From Candidatus Goldiibacteriota bacterium (GTDB lineage Bacteria; Oederibacteriota; PGYV01), in NCBI GenBank assembly GCA_016937715.1, contig JAFGWA010000050.1:9311-73310 (forward strand): DNA of 64,000 nucleotides. The letters run 5' to 3'. Shown in pieces: positions 38,373 through 47,532 of this stretch. The notes under the pieces were generated by a model. The model ran no database searches, was not told where the DNA came from, and saw nothing but the letters and a program-made list of their open reading frames with translations. The position numbers and the translations under genes were made by a program. Each line of letters begins with the position of its first letter. Position 1 is the first letter of the stretch.

Positions 38373-38831
38373 TTATTTTCTTTTTTTAAGAAATTCCAGG
38401 ACTTCTTTAATATCCGGAACTTCTTTTATAGGATATATCTTTGACCACAGGACTTTTCTGTCCGCCCCAAGTATTATATTGAACCTTCCGGATATACCCA
38501 TCTTTTCAATAAACACATCCATTTTTTTGCTTATTTCGCCGTGCGGCCAGAAATCGGACAGAAGGTCTGTCTGTTCAATTTCAAGGGATTCAGCCCACGC
38601 TTTTTTGGAAGGCGCAGGGTCACAGCTTATCCCCAACGGCACAACATTTAAATCTTCAAAAGCGTCATAATTATCTTCAAGCGATTTCATCTGTTTGGCG
38701 CACACGCCGGTCCATGCAAGCGGATGAAACGATAACAGAAGCCTTTTTCCCGTAAAGTCAGCGGTATTAACTTCAACATCCGACTGATTTTTTAATACAA
38801 AATCTCCGGCATGTTCCCCAGGTTTTAACAT
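38373..38831 (-). CDS. Peroxiredoxin (AhpC/TSA / redoxin family)
   Basis: FHPLAWTGVCAKQ peroxidatic Cys motif. Confidence 0.75.
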   Translation of the reverse strand: MLKPGEHAGDFVLKNQSDVEVNTADFTGKRLLLSFHPLAWTGVCAKQMKSLEDNYDAFEDLNVVPLGISCDPAPSKKAWAESLEIEQTDLLSDFWPHGEISKKMDVFIEKMGISGRFNIILGADRKVLWSKIYPIKEVPDIKEVLEFLKKRK

Positions 38832-38859
38832 TGTAACCCTCCATAATATAAGCCGTTAT

Positions 38860-39720
38860 TTAAATCTTTGTGTTTAATATATCCATTACCGTGCCTGCTT
38901 CCCTTTTTCTTATATACAGCGGGGTGTTGTCTTTGTTTAAATACGGCGCAAGCTTTTCTTCAAACACCGGCTTGTTATCATTGACGTATAATATACCCAG
39001 CGGCCATGGGCCTTCTTCAAGGCTTTTCTTAAACGCCTCCGGTTTATTCTTTGGGTCATACCCTTCTTCTATTATATATGTGTTTTCCTTAAACCACCTG
39101 TGGGTATTAACCTTGTTAAACGACACACACGCGGAAAAAATATCCACCAGCGCGAACCCTTTATGATTTATCGCCGCCTTAATTATTTCTTTTGATTTTT
39201 CCTGTTCTCCCGCTGACGCGCGCGCCACAAAAGAAGCGTCAAGCGCTATGGCAAGGGCTGCCGGGTTAAGCGGGTTTTCAAACACGCCGTCCACCTGCAC
39301 GGGGGTGGTAAACCCCGGGCGCGACGTGGGCGATGCCTGGCCTTTTGTAAGGCCGTAAACCATATTATTGTGCACAATTACCGTGATGTCGGAATTTCTT
39401 CTTATGGCGTGAATAAAATGGTTGCCGCCTTCGCCGTACATATCGCCGTCTCCGCTTTCCACTATCACTTTAAGCAGCGGGTTAGCCGCTTTAATCGCGG
39501 CTGCCGGCGGAAGCGACCTTCCGTGAAGCCCGTTAAAGTAGCTTGTATTGTAATATTGCGGCGCTTTAGCGGCCTGCCCGATTCCTGAAACAAAAACAAG
39601 ATTCTCTTTGGGAATGGCAAGTTCTGTAAGCGCGTTCATTACTATATTTCTTATTCCAAAGTTTCCGCAGCCGGGGCACCATGCTATTTCAACATTTTCC
39701 TTGCCGTATAAATTTGCCAT
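38860..39720 (-). CDS. 2-oxoacid:ferredoxin oxidoreductase, beta (TPP-binding) subunit
   Basis: [10 protein letters not shown] and GDGD TPP motifs. Confidence 0.85.
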   Translation of the reverse strand: MANLYGKENVEIAWCPGCGNFGIRNIVMNALTELAIPKENLVFVSGIGQAAKAPQYYNTSYFNGLHGRSLPPAAAIKAANPLLKVIVESGDGDMYGEGGNHFIHAIRRNSDITVIVHNNMVYGLTKGQASPTSRPGFTTPVQVDGVFENPLNPAALAIALDASFVARASAGEQEKSKEIIKAAINHKGFALVDIFSACVSFNKVNTHRWFKENTYIIEEGYDPKNKPEAFKKSLEEGPWPLGILYVNDNKPVFEEKLAPYLNKDNTPLYIRKREAGTVMDILNTKI

Positions 39721-39721
39721 A

Positions 39722-41491
39722 TCAGCGCCTCCCTTTCTTTTTTTCGGCCGGTTTTCTTATCTTCTTTCCTTTAATAGCCGCGCTCTTTTTCATCAATTCT
39801 GCCAGCCCGTCCGCGGAAAAAGCCAGCCCGTCATAGCGCAGAATTTTATGGCCGATATCCAGCCCGGTTTCTTTTTTTATAAGCCCTGCAAACTGGCCTG
39901 TCTGATTATTTTCTATCATCACGGCTTTTTTTGCTTTCTTAATTATATCAGCCGTGCTTTTATGAAGCGGATAAACCTGGGAATAGTGAAGTATTGCCGC
40001 GTCTTTTAAACCGGAAATTTTTATGGCTTCCAGCGCTGTATTTAAAACCGAACCCCAGCATATAAAAATAGTTTTATAATTTTTGTTTCCGTACAGGGAA
40101 GGTTTAATTGCAGCCGCGTTTAACAGCGCGGATTTTTTCATCCTTTTTTCTTTCATCTTAAGCCCGATGCCGGACAAGTCTTCTGTTATCCTTCCGTCTT
40201 CATCGTGCTCGTCTGAATCAAGGCACACACATCCGGTGCCAAACCCGGGCACGCCGCGCGGTGAAATTCCGTCTTTTGTAAGCGCGTAGCGTTTGTAACC
40301 TTCTTTTGTTTCAACTATATAATTCTGATTTTTGTGTTCTTTTACTTCAAACCGCGGTATGTTGTAGTACGTATCCACAAAATACTGGTCTGTCATTATA
40401 AAAACAGGCACCTGATATTTATCCGCCGTGTCAAACGCCTTCCGCGCAAGTTCAAACGCCTGCAGCGTATTGCCCGGCGCAAGAATTACGCGCGCGAAAT
40501 CGCCGTGCCCCGCGTGCAGCGCAAGGTTTAAATCGCCCTGCTCTGTCCTTGTGGGGTATCCTGTTGCAGGCCCCGGCCTTTGCGCCAGGTGAATAACCAC
40601 GGGAGTTTCTGTTATTCCCGCCAGCGACACCCCTTCTGTCATAAGGTCAAAACCGCCGCCCGAAGTGGATACCATTGCCCTTGCCCCCGCGTACCACGCG
40701 CCCAGCGCCATATTAATCGCCGCTATTTCATCTTCTGCCTGCTCCACCGCAATCTGCCCTTTATGCGAATATTCCGCAAGCGCGGTAAACACGGAAGTCC
40801 CCGGCGTCATCGGGTAGGCGAATGCCGCGCTGCAGCCGCCGGCTATCGCGCCTATTGCCACAGCGTCCGCGCCTGACAGCATAAATTCATCCTGTATTTT
40901 TATATTTTTATCTATTTTAATTTTGAAATTATTTTTAACCGCGGTCCGCGCGCCCGCTTCATAACCGGCGGCAAAAGCTTTTATATTTCCGTTTACTGTC
41001 TCTTCGCCTTTTTTACCGAAAAGTTTTTGAATAAAATCATCCGCTGTTTCTTTTCCTATGCCTATAATTCCGCACGCCGCTCCTGCCGCCACCATGGAAG
41101 AAAATAAAGGATTTCCAAGAGCTTCGGCAATTTTGCCAAAAGCAATATCATTTACACGGCTATCCTGTAACAATGCCGCATCGCCCGCTATTATTGTGTT
41201 TTTATCAAGCCTGTACGCGTATCTTGCAAGCGCTTCTTTTTCAAGGGGGATGAAAATATCCGTCTTATCCACGGGGGCCGCCGCCCTGTCCTGCGATACC
41301 CTTAACATAGTGGCATTAACGCCGCCGCGCACGCGTGACATATATTCTTTGGTGGCAAAGACATTATACCCGGACTGTTTTATAAGTTTTATAAGGATGG
41401 TTTCTATTGACTGGATTCCCTGGCCTGCTTCGCCGGACAAAACTATTGATACTTCGCGTTTTACCCTGTTATCGGCTGACTTTATTTTCAT
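39722..41491 (-). CDS. 2-oxoacid:ferredoxin oxidoreductase, fused gamma-alpha subunit
   Basis: N-terminal POR gamma-like domain ([12 protein letters not shown]) followed by the alpha-subunit domains. Confidence 0.85.
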   Translation of the reverse strand: MKIKSADNRVKREVSIVLSGEAGQGIQSIETILIKLIKQSGYNVFATKEYMSRVRGGVNATMLRVSQDRAAAPVDKTDIFIPLEKEALARYAYRLDKNTIIAGDAALLQDSRVNDIAFGKIAEALGNPLFSSMVAAGAACGIIGIGKETADDFIQKLFGKKGEETVNGNIKAFAAGYEAGARTAVKNNFKIKIDKNIKIQDEFMLSGADAVAIGAIAGGCSAAFAYPMTPGTSVFTALAEYSHKGQIAVEQAEDEIAAINMALGAWYAGARAMVSTSGGGFDLMTEGVSLAGITETPVVIHLAQRPGPATGYPTRTEQGDLNLALHAGHGDFARVILAPGNTLQAFELARKAFDTADKYQVPVFIMTDQYFVDTYYNIPRFEVKEHKNQNYIVETKEGYKRYALTKDGISPRGVPGFGTGCVCLDSDEHDEDGRITEDLSGIGLKMKEKRMKKSALLNAAAIKPSLYGNKNYKTIFICWGSVLNTALEAIKISGLKDAAILHYSQVYPLHKSTADIIKKAKKAVMIENNQTGQFAGLIKKETGLDIGHKILRYDGLAFSADGLAELMKKSAAIKGKKIRKPAEKKKGRR

Positions 41492-41524
41492 TGAATCCCC
41501 CGTTTTACCTTTTTAATAAAGCAG

Positions 41525-41560
41525 TTTTATAAGCGGTATGCGCGCCCCAAAGGGGCGCGC
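41525..41560. terminator. Strong hairpin GGTATGCGCGCCCC-aaa-GGGGCGCGCATACC followed by T5, between rbr and the oxidoreductase operon
   Basis: 14-bp perfect stem, read directly. Confidence 0.55.
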
Positions 41561-41573
41561 ATACCTTTTTACA

Positions 41574-42149
41574 TTAATAGTTGGATTCTTTAATTTCAAA
41601 AAACGCCTTCGGATGGACGCACGCCGGGCATTTATCCGGTGCTTCCGTCCCTTCATGCACGAAACCGCAGTTACGGCATTTCCACCTTACAACATGAGAC
41701 TTTTTGAAAACTTCGCCTTTTTCAATATTAGCGGCAAGTTTGCGGTAGCGTGCTTCATGTTCCGCTTCCACTTTTGCAATATTCCTGTAACAGGCGGCTA
41801 TCTCTTTAAACCCTTCCTGTTCGGCCGTTACCGCAGCGCCCGGGTAAAGTTCTGTGTGTTCTTCCTGTTCGCCGTCGGCTGCCGCTTTTAAGTTTTCTAA
41901 AGTATTGCCTATTACTCCGGCCGGATACATAGCGGTAATTTCCACCATTCCGCCTTCAAGAAATTTAAAAAATCTTTTTGCGTGTTCTTTTTCATTCTCC
42001 GCGGTTTCCATAAAAAGTTCTGCAATCTGTTCATACCCTTCTTTTTTAGCCGCGCTTGCAAAATAAGTATAACGCGTCCTTGCCTGAGATTCCCCCGCAA
42101 AAGATGCCAGAAGGTTTTTTTCTGTCTGTGTCCCTTTAAGTTTTCCCAT
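41574..42149 (-). CDS. rbr: Rubrerythrin (ferritin-like diiron domain plus C-terminal rubredoxin-like domain)
   Basis: ExxH diiron motifs and C-terminal CRNCGF...CPAC. Confidence 0.9.
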   Translation of the reverse strand: MGKLKGTQTEKNLLASFAGESQARTRYTYFASAAKKEGYEQIAELFMETAENEKEHAKRFFKFLEGGMVEITAMYPAGVIGNTLENLKAAADGEQEEHTELYPGAAVTAEQEGFKEIAACYRNIAKVEAEHEARYRKLAANIEKGEVFKKSHVVRWKCRNCGFVHEGTEAPDKCPACVHPKAFFEIKESNY

Positions 42150-42210
42150 TACCGTTCTCCTTGTGATGTATAAAATTTAAAATCCTTTTTTTAACTTCTT
42201 AGCGCTTTAA

Positions 42211-42300
42211 CAAATTAAGCAATTAAGCTATAGCTTAAGTCTTTATATTTTCCGCTTCTGCTTATCTGCTTATAGCTTAAACCGCTAGTTTTTCCGGGCT
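42211..42300. repeat. Intergenic repeat family B: AAGCAATTAAGCTATAGCTTAAGTCTTTATATTTTCCGCTTCTGCTTAT(CTGCTTAT)AGCTTAAACCGCTAGTTTTTCC containing the 16-bp palindrome TTAAGCTATAGCTTAA
   Basis: Nearly identical copy at 57741-57810 and a related partial copy at 57581-57665. Confidence 0.6.
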
Positions 42301-42306
42301 TCCAGA

Positions 42307-42687
42307 CTACTTCGCCCAAAGGCCGTGCTTATTACAGAACTCCCTTACAACCGATATCTTTGCCACGGGAATCTGAAAAAACACTTCAGGTTTGTCCCCG
42401 GGGTTTAAATCTTTTCTTGTTACAAATCCGTCCGTGGATATCACCTCTATAAACTGTATCCAGTGGTCAGCTTCCATAGGATGCGGCACTGAACCAATTT
42501 TAACCAAAACTCCGTCCCCTGATGCTTCTATTACAGGAACGTGTTTTTCGCCGGCGCCGTCCTTGTTTTTTTCATCCATAAGCTTCATGGGTTCCCCGCA
42601 GCAGATAAGTTCCCCTTTTCCCGGTACAATATCTTCCACAACATTACCGCATACCATACATTTGTAAATCCCCATTTTTTCAGCCAT
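42307..42687 (-). CDS. dfx: Desulfoferrodoxin (2Fe superoxide reductase)
   Basis: N-terminal desulforedoxin-like CMVCGN...CCGEPM and C-terminal SOR domain (GEKHVPVIE..., H...C ligands). RBS AGGAGGAG. Confidence 0.85.
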   Translation of the reverse strand: MAEKMGIYKCMVCGNVVEDIVPGKGELICCGEPMKLMDEKNKDGAGEKHVPVIEASGDGVLVKIGSVPHPMEADHWIQFIEVISTDGFVTRKDLNPGDKPEVFFQIPVAKISVVREFCNKHGLWAK

Positions 42688-43190
42688 CTTACTCCTCCTG
42701 TTTTATTTTTTTCCAGCAGTTTTTTTGCCATTGAAAGTTTTAAAAAGTGGTTCTGTTCTTCTTTTATTATCTGCTGCACAATTTCCGCGTGTTCTTTTTT
42801 GACAATGTTTTTAATGCCTTCATACAGGGTAATTGAATCCTGCTCCCTGTCCATTGCAAAATCCACGGCATGAATTATATTATCCATCTTTTTTTCAGCC
42901 GCGGCCGCGTTAAACTTTTCCTTTTTAAAAACAATTTTTTCTTCTATGTAAACTATAAGGTTTTCCATGTATTGTTCAGAGAACTCCGATAATGAATATT
43001 TGCCCTTAAGCTGTGTCATCATTTTCTCAAAGGTCTTTTTATGTTTTTCCTCTTCTTTGGCAAGCGCCAGCATCACGCCTTTTATGTCCTTATTTCCCGC
43101 CATTGATGCCGCGTATTCATAGAACTTTTTGCCGTTTTCCTCTATCTTTATTGCCACCTTAAAAACATCTTTAATATTTACAGTGCTCAC
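42585..43190 (-). CDS. Ferritin-like/rubrerythrin-family diiron protein without a rubredoxin domain. The 3' end is uncertain because the ORF overlaps dfx by 103 nt.
   Basis: Four-helix pattern with paired E...ExxH motifs (IEENGKKFY, LAKEEEKHKK, FAMDREQ, IKEEQNHF). The C-terminal 35 aa run over the dfx RBS and start in another frame. Confidence 0.55.
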   Translation of the reverse strand: MSTVNIKDVFKVAIKIEENGKKFYEYAASMAGNKDIKGVMLALAKEEEKHKKTFEKMMTQLKGKYSLSEFSEQYMENLIVYIEEKIVFKKEKFNAAAAEKKMDNIIHAVDFAMDREQDSITLYEGIKNIVKKEHAEIVQQIIKEEQNHFLKLSMAKKLLEKNKTGGVRWLKKWGFTNVWYAVMLWKILYREKGNLSAAGNP

Positions 43191-43207
43191 TTTTTATCTC
43201 CGTTTTT

Positions 43208-44389
43208 TTAAATAAGATTGATTGTTTTGTGCTTTTCCACTACCGCCTGTGCCATGGCGTCTATGGCCTCAAAATCCGCTTTTTTGGGGTATCCCTGAAC
43301 TTTAAGCGGCGCTATCAGCTCGCCTTTAAAATTTGGCACCATTGCCGCAAGCGCTTCCTGCGCTTTTTCCATCCAGTTCCACCCTGTTATAAGTGATAAA
43401 AATTTTGTCTTTGTCCTTAACGCGTTAAACAGGTACACCACATTGGCCGCCACGGGATGAACTCCCGCAAGCACGGTTGGCGCGCAGACTATAACCGTTG
43501 CCGCGTCCACAAGGTCCATTGCAATTTCGCCTATATCGGCGTTTGAAAGGTTATACAGTTTTGTCCTTACCCCTTTATTTGCCAGCGAATCGGCAAGGTG
43601 TTCCGCCGCCGCTTTCATGCTGTGATGCATGGAGATATAAAGCACAAGCGCGTAATTTTTCACGTCGTCCTTTATCCATTCGTCATACCATGACATCACT
43701 TTTGCCGGATCGGTATGCACCACTCCGTGGCTTGGGCATATCATTGCCGGATTGATGGAGCGCACAATTTCCATGTTTTTCTTTATCACATTCCGAAAAG
43801 GCGACATAATTTCCGCGTAATACCTTTTGGCGGAAGTATATGTGTGCGCCGTGTCAAATATATCCGAAACAGCCACGTGCGAACCGAAATAGTCGCAGGT
43901 AAAAAGAATTTTATCCTCTTTTAAAAGGGTAACCATGGTTTCCGGCCAGTGTACCCACGGCGTAAGAAAAAACTGAAGCGTCCTGTTTCCAAGGGATATT
44001 TCCTGCTTATCCGCGACAGCCATAAAATCACTGTCGTTAAGTTCAGGCATAAAATCCTTTAAAAAACCTTTGCATTTTTCATTGGTCACTATTTTCGCGC
44101 CGGGGAATTTCTTTAAGACCGCCGGCAAAGAACCGGAATGGTCCTGTTCCGCGTGGTTGGCGATTACATAATCTATTTTCGTGACTCCCAGAAAATCAAG
44201 GTTCTTAAAAAGTTCATAGGTCTTAACCGGGTCCACCGTGTCAATTAAGGCGCACTTTTCACTGCCTTCAATAAAATACGAGTTGTAACTTGTGCCTTCC
44301 GGAAGCGGTATCAGTTCGTCAAAAAGTTTTCTGTCCCAGTCAACAGCCCCCACCGAATTAATACCCTGCGCTATCTTTTTTACAGCCAT
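43208..44389 (-). CDS. fprA: Flavodiiron protein (FprA / rubredoxin:oxygen oxidoreductase type)
   Basis: Metallo-beta-lactamase-like diiron domain with HAEQDHSGS and a C-terminal flavodoxin domain. Confidence 0.9.
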   Translation of the reverse strand: MAVKKIAQGINSVGAVDWDRKLFDELIPLPEGTSYNSYFIEGSEKCALIDTVDPVKTYELFKNLDFLGVTKIDYVIANHAEQDHSGSLPAVLKKFPGAKIVTNEKCKGFLKDFMPELNDSDFMAVADKQEISLGNRTLQFFLTPWVHWPETMVTLLKEDKILFTCDYFGSHVAVSDIFDTAHTYTSAKRYYAEIMSPFRNVIKKNMEIVRSINPAMICPSHGVVHTDPAKVMSWYDEWIKDDVKNYALVLYISMHHSMKAAAEHLADSLANKGVRTKLYNLSNADIGEIAMDLVDAATVIVCAPTVLAGVHPVAANVVYLFNALRTKTKFLSLITGWNWMEKAQEALAAMVPNFKGELIAPLKVQGYPKKADFEAIDAMAQAVVEKHKTINLI

Positions 44390-44408
44390 TTAATCCACCT
44401 TCCTTTTC

Positions 44409-44963
44409 TTAATTTGCGCCGGTTTCCTTTAACTTCATAAGAACTTCAGCCGCGTGGCCGGCAACCGACACTTTTTCCCACACAGATGCTATTTTACCCT
44501 TTGGATCAATTAAAATTGTTGTACGGACAATTCCCATATATTCCCTGCCCATCATGTTTTTCTTCTGCCACACTCCGTAGACTTTAAGCACGTTTTTTGA
44601 TTCATCGCTTAAAAGCGTAAGTTTAAGGTTATGGTTTTTTATAAATTTCCTGTGGCTTTCGCAGCTGTCGCCGGAAATGCCAAGCACTTCACAGCCAAGT
44701 TCTTCAAAGCCGGAAAGTTCTTTGGAAAAATCCCTGGCTTCAATGGTGCAGCCCGGAGTGTTGTCTTTGGGGTAAAAATACAGCACAACCCACCTGCCTT
44801 TAAAATCTTTAAGGCATACGTTTTTTTCAGCGCTGTCTTTAAGGCAGAAGGCCGGAGCGATGTCACCGGTTTTTAGCGCGGCCTTGCCGTTGCTTTTTTT
44901 TACGGCTTTCTTTATAATTTTTTTTAAACCTTTTACCGCTTTTTTCCCAGATGCTTTTTTCAT
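44409..44963 (-). CDS. bcp: Thiol peroxidase Bcp/PrxQ with a Lys-rich N-terminal extension. Start set at MKKASGKK (RBS AGGGGGA), overlapping the perR stop as TAATG.
   Basis: FYPKDNTPGCTIEARDF peroxiredoxin motif. About 33 aa N-terminal tail KKAVKGLKKIIKKAVKKSNGKAALK. Confidence 0.75.
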   Translation of the reverse strand: MKKASGKKAVKGLKKIIKKAVKKSNGKAALKTGDIAPAFCLKDSAEKNVCLKDFKGRWVVLYFYPKDNTPGCTIEARDFSKELSGFEELGCEVLGISGDSCESHRKFIKNHNLKLTLLSDESKNVLKVYGVWQKKNMMGREYMGIVRTTILIDPKGKIASVWEKVSVAGHAAEVLMKLKETGAN

Positions 44964-45400
44964 TATTTTTTCCCCCTGCTCTTTACGCACTCCGGACACA
45001 AACCTTTAAGATACACGTGTTCCTGCGTGACCTTATACCCCTTTAACCATTCCGGCACGCATGTGGCGCATTTGACATTAAAATCGCTTACGCCGCCGCA
45101 TTTTTCACAGATAAAATGGCCGTGCCTTCCCGTAAAAGCGTCATACCTGGAAATACCGTCTTCTATGGTGATTTCTGACACAATGCCTTCTTCTAAAAAA
45201 GTCTTTAACGTATTGTATATACTTGTCCTTGACAGTGTGGGTATTTCATTTTCAAGGCTATTAAACAACCGGTCTGCCGTGGGATGGTTTCTTTTATCAA
45301 GAAGGTATTTAAGCACCTTCACCCTTATTACCGACGGCCTTATTTTTTTTCCTTTTAAGAGAGCCGCAACTTCCTTTTCCGTTTTTTCAGATGTCTCCAC
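44963..45400 (-). CDS. perR: Fur-family transcriptional regulator, probably the peroxide sensor PerR
   Basis: Winged-helix N-terminus, HGHFICEKCG...CPEC zinc/metal sites. Embedded in a peroxide-detoxification operon. Confidence 0.75.
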   Translation of the reverse strand: METSEKTEKEVAALLKGKKIRPSVIRVKVLKYLLDKRNHPTADRLFNSLENEIPTLSRTSIYNTLKTFLEEGIVSEITIEDGISRYDAFTGRHGHFICEKCGGVSDFNVKCATCVPEWLKGYKVTQEHVYLKGLCPECVKSRGKK

Positions 45401-45415
45401 TTTTTTAACTCCCGT

Positions 45416-45934
45416 TTACACGCCTGCCTGGGTGGAATCCACAAATACCCTTAATGACAATTCTTTATCTATCATAAAAAGCGCGTCTTTTGAATCGCCT
45501 ATTAATTTAAGTTTTTCCGCCAGTTCGGATGAATTAGCCTCTTCTTCCACCTGCTCGTCAATAAACCACTTTAACATTGACGCGGACGCGTGGTCTTTTT
45601 CGGCAATGGCTATGTCCATAAGATTGTTTATCAAAGCTGTCACTTTCTGTTCGTGGGCGTACGCCGCTTCAAACATTTCCAGGGGCGATTTCCAGTCATC
45701 GCGAACGGTTTCAACCGCCGGGAATACCGCGTGTCCGCTTCTTTCAAGTATGAAACGGTAGAATTTCATCGCGTGCGTCATTTCTTCCTGCGACTGCACG
45801 TAAAACCAGTTGGCAAAACCCTTAAGGTTTACTTCGGTGCACTTGGCTGACATTGAAAGGTAAAGGTACGCCGAATAAATTTCCGCGTTAACCTGTTTGT
45901 TGATTGCCTCTTCCATCTTCTTTCCGATTTTCAT
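45416..45934 (-). CDS. Non-haem ferritin
   Basis: EINKQVNAEIYSAYLYLSMSA and QEEMTHAMKFY ferroxidase-centre motifs. Confidence 0.85.
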   Translation of the reverse strand: MKIGKKMEEAINKQVNAEIYSAYLYLSMSAKCTEVNLKGFANWFYVQSQEEMTHAMKFYRFILERSGHAVFPAVETVRDDWKSPLEMFEAAYAHEQKVTALINNLMDIAIAEKDHASASMLKWFIDEQVEEEANSSELAEKLKLIGDSKDALFMIDKELSLRVFVDSTQAGV

Positions 45935-45951
45935 CTTAGACCCTCCGTTTT

Positions 45952-45966
45952 TGTATTAATTACAAC
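45952..45966. promoter_or_regulatory. Fur/PerR-type 7-1-7 box candidate TTGTAATTAATACAA (minus-strand reading) between the promoter and the ferritin RBS
   Basis: Compared with the PerR/Fur consensus TTATAATNATTATAA: one or two mismatches per half-site. A second TGTAATTAG half-site lies 8 bp upstream. Confidence 0.35.
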
Positions 45967-45982
45967 TTTGAACTAATTACAA

Positions 45983-46011
45983 ATATACAACCCGCCCCCG
46001 TTTTTGTCAAT
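45983..46011 (-). promoter_or_regulatory. Sigma70-like promoter of the ferritin-perR-bcp-fprA-dfx operon (-35 TTGACA, 17-bp spacer, -10 TATATT)
   Basis: Minus-strand reading: TTGACAaaaacgggggcgggttgTATATT. Confidence 0.45.
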
Positions 46012-46019
46012 ACTTTTAT

Positions 46020-47168
46020 TTAAAGCGCTTCCTGCGGGCTTCCGCCGTCCTTAATAAGCTTTTGTATTTTCATATAGTCTTTTGTGTCGCCGATAAGGAT
46101 TGCGCCGGCAACTTTATTATCCCTTATGAATATCTTTTTAAAATTTTCATTTTCCTTTTTAACTTCCGCCTGCGTCCCTTCCCCGGAAACGTCGCCCATT
46201 GACGCAAGTTCTATACCCGCCACTTTAAGTTTAACCGACATTACAGTGCCTTTATATTCCGCGCTTCCGCCGGTTATATGCGAAGCCGCCGCCGCCGCCT
46301 GTTCGCGCGCGGCAGGCCATATGCCGTACACCCTGCCGTTAAATTCCGCTATATCGCCGCAGGCGTAAACCGAATCAATATTTGTCCTGCCAAACCCGTC
46401 TATCTTTATTCCAAGCATTTTTTCAATTCCGGTATTTTCTGCTATCTTTAAATTGCTTCTTATGCCGGCTGACAAAAGTACCATATCGGTTTCTTCAGAT
46501 GTGTCATCCGAAAATTTCACTGTTTTTCTGCCCGACGCATCTTCAATAGCGGCTGTCTGTTTATTCAGGATAAAACTTAACCCCATATTTTCCAGTTTTT
46601 CCTTTAAGATAGCCGCCGTTTCCGCGTCCAGCTGGCGCGGCAGCAGCCTGTCAAACACTTCAACTATTGTAACTTTTAACCCGTGCTCTTTTAAACTGTT
46701 GGCGGCTTCTATACCCAAAAGCCCTCCGCCTATTACCACGGCTTTTTTTCTTCCCTTAGCGTACTGCATAATATTCTTTGCGTCATCAATGGTGCGCAGG
46801 GTGAATACGCCTTTGTCTTTGGCGCCCGGAAACGGCGGAGCAAAAGAAAACGCACCCGCGGCAATAATCAGCTTGTCATAGTTAATTAAAACCCCGCCCG
46901 CTTTAACCTGTTTTGCCTCCGTATTTATTTCTTCCACAACAGTTGAAAGCAGCAGTTCTATTTTATTATCAGCGTACCATTCGGATTTTTTAATAAATAT
47001 TTTCTCTTCCGGCACTTTTCCGGTTAAAAATTCAATCACCCGCGGCCTTGAATAATACGGGTATCTTTCATCCGATATTACCGTGATTTCGCAGGCAGCG
47101 TCAGCTTTTCTTGTCTCTTCAGCGGCAGTCGCGCCTGCAGCGCCGTTGCCGATTATTACAACACGCAT
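46020..47168 (-). CDS. NAD(P)H:rubredoxin oxidoreductase (FAD-dependent pyridine nucleotide-disulfide oxidoreductase)
   Basis: Two GxGxxG/A dinucleotide folds (VVIIGNGAAG, AVVIGGGLLGIE). Adjacent to rubredoxin. Confidence 0.8.
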   Translation of the reverse strand: MRVVIIGNGAAGATAAEETRKADAACEITVISDERYPYYSRPRVIEFLTGKVPEEKIFIKKSEWYADNKIELLLSTVVEEINTEAKQVKAGGVLINYDKLIIAAGAFSFAPPFPGAKDKGVFTLRTIDDAKNIMQYAKGRKKAVVIGGGLLGIEAANSLKEHGLKVTIVEVFDRLLPRQLDAETAAILKEKLENMGLSFILNKQTAAIEDASGRKTVKFSDDTSEETDMVLLSAGIRSNLKIAENTGIEKMLGIKIDGFGRTNIDSVYACGDIAEFNGRVYGIWPAAREQAAAAASHITGGSAEYKGTVMSVKLKVAGIELASMGDVSGEGTQAEVKKENENFKKIFIRDNKVAGAILIGDTKDYMKIQKLIKDGGSPQEAL

Positions 47169-47171
47169 AAC

Positions 47172-47333
47172 TTAAGCGTTCTTTTCAAAATCTGATTTGG
47201 AAGCTCCGCATTCCGGGCAGGTCCAGTCATCCGGAATCTGCTCAAAAGAAGTTCCGGGGGCAATACCGTGTTCAGGGTCTCCCTTTGCCGGGTCGTAAAC
47301 ATAACCGCAAACCACACATGTCCATTTTTCCAT
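47172..47333 (-). CDS. Rubredoxin (53 aa). Start moved to [10 protein letters not shown], preceded by RBS AGGAGGA.
   Basis: CVVCGY...CPECG iron-binding motifs. Confidence 0.85.
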   Translation of the reverse strand: MEKWTCVVCGYVYDPAKGDPEHGIAPGTSFEQIPDDWTCPECGASKSDFEKNA

Positions 47334-47372
47334 AATTAATCCTCCTGATTTGTTTGTATAAATATATCGGCT

Positions 47373-47402
47373 AAAAAACAGGGCGCATTCCTGACGCCCC
47401 TG
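47373..47402 (-). terminator. Hairpin plus U-run terminator downstream of the beta-helix protein gene
   Basis: Minus-strand reading: CAGGGGCGTCAGGAATGCGCCCTG followed by TTTTTTAG. Confidence 0.45.
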
Positions 47403-47532
47403 CAAAAACCTCTGCCCAAAACTCATATAATTACTATATCATAAGGTTTTAACAAGTCAACCGGACATAAACATAATAATTATTTCCATGAAGTTTTTTT
47501 AGGCCGGCCCGCGCGTAATTATGCTGTTTTAA

